In this document: positions 63,082 through 64,000 of the stretch, piece by piece
How positions within the stretch are numbered: the first letter of the stretch is position 1
Layout of the letters: each line of letters opens with the position of its first letter
From: an uncultured Aliarcobacter sp.
GTDB lineage: Bacteria; Campylobacterota; Campylobacteria; Campylobacterales; Arcobacteraceae
Reading direction: 5' to 3'
NCBI GenBank assembly: GCA_963664305.2
Contig: CAXXLV010000002.1
Span: forward strand, 1,184,001-1,248,000
DNA length: 64,000 nt
The notes under the pieces: generated by a model
Told to the model about the DNA's origin: nothing
Databases searched by the model: none
The model's input: only the letters and a program-made list of their open reading frames with translations
Translations under genes and position numbers: made by a program

Positions 63082-63942
63082 ATGATATTATTAGATGGAA
63101 AAGCATTATCTGAAAAAATCAAAGAAGAAGTTAAAGTTGAAGTTGCTCAACTTGTAGAAGAAAAACAAATAACTCCAGGACTTGCAGTAATTTTAGTTGG
63201 AAATGATCCAGCAAGTGCAACATACGTAGCGAGTAAAGCTAAATCTTGTAAAAATGCAGGAATTTACTCTGTTGTTCATGAAATGCCTGAAACAATTACT
63301 CAAGAAGAGTTACTTGAAACAATTGCAAGAATGAATGAAAATCCAAAATTAGATGGTATTTTAGTTCAATTACCACTTCCTAAACATATTGATACAACTA
63401 TTGTTCTTGAAGCAATTAATCCTTTAAAAGATGTTGATGGTTTCCATCCATACAACGTAGGAAGAATGGTTTCAAATCTTGATGCATTTTTACCAGCAAC
63501 TCCTTTTGGTGTTATGAGAATGTTTGAAGAGTATGGAATAGAATTAAGTGGAAAAAATGTTGTGGTTATTGGAAGTTCTGATATTGTTGGAAAACCAATG
63601 GCTTCACTTTTAATCAATGCAAAAGCTACAGTTACAGTTTGTAATAGTAGAACAAAAGATTTAAAAGCTCATACACTTGCAGCTGATATAGTTGTAATTG
63701 CTGTTGGTGTTCCATATTTATTAAAAGAAGATATGGTTAAAGATGGTGCAATTGTAATTGATGTTGGAATCAATAGACTTGATACAGGAAAACTTGTAGG
63801 TGATGCAGATTTCGAAGGTTTAAAAAACAAATGTTCACACTTAACTCCTGTTCCAGGTGGTGTTGGACCTATGACTATTGCAATGCTTCTAAAAAATACA
63901 ATTAAAGCTGCAATGTTAAGAGAAAAAAGAGAAGCTAAATAA
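63082..63942 (+). CDS. folD: Methylene-THF dehydrogenase/cyclohydrolase
   Basis: ILVQLPLP, KDVDGFHP, TPVPGGVGPMT. Confidence 0.98.
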   Translation: MILLDGKALSEKIKEEVKVEVAQLVEEKQITPGLAVILVGNDPASATYVASKAKSCKNAGIYSVVHEMPETITQEELLETIARMNENPKLDGILVQLPLPKHIDTTIVLEAINPLKDVDGFHPYNVGRMVSNLDAFLPATPFGVMRMFEEYGIELSGKNVVVIGSSDIVGKPMASLLINAKATVTVCNSRTKDLKAHTLAADIVVIAVGVPYLLKEDMVKDGAIVIDVGINRLDTGKLVGDADFEGLKNKCSHLTPVPGGVGPMTIAMLLKNTIKAAMLREKREAK

Positions 63943-64000
63943 ATGATTAAAAAAATATATAACTGGTCTTCTTCTTGGACTGGAACTGTAGTAATTGTTC
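63943..64000 (+). CDS. lepB: Signal peptidase I, 5' end (runs off the window)
   Basis: MIKKIYNWSSSWTGTVVIV matches the Campylobacterota LepB N-terminus and follows folD. Confidence 0.7.
   Translation, partial: MIKKIYNWSSSWTGTVVIV

Overview
Very AT-rich chromosomal window that looks like Campylobacterota, most likely Arcobacteraceae, judging by gene order and protein sequences. The flanks are mostly housekeeping: recO, ychF, pepA, trpB, apt, dnaB, ispG, lysS, glyA, trpE, pdxJA, pyrH-rpoZ-spoT-tyrS-fabX-amiA, lptG, pth, rplY, folD and lepB, plus several signalling genes. Positions ~8.9-34.1 kb form an iron-homeostasis region carrying ten Fur-box-like 7-1-7 sites. It holds a hemP-fiu-piuC-hydroxyacid oxidase-PepSY unit, a second TonB-dependent receptor unit with a divergent two-component system, MacAB-TolC and exbBD-tonB. 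The most notable element is a candidate ferrosome (fez) iron-storage organelle cluster at ~21.8-28.0 kb. It comprises a P1B-6-type ATPase with DYSCA and HNxxT motifs, an HMA-like protein, a ferritin-like protein with a glycine-rich membrane tail, several small GxxxG membrane proteins and its own Fur-family regulator. I also read three small ORFs missed by the ORF track, and two genes that appear to need non-canonical ATT/ATC start codons. I saw no rRNA, tRNA, CRISPR array or mobile element. All functional calls come from motif recognition by eye, without database searches.
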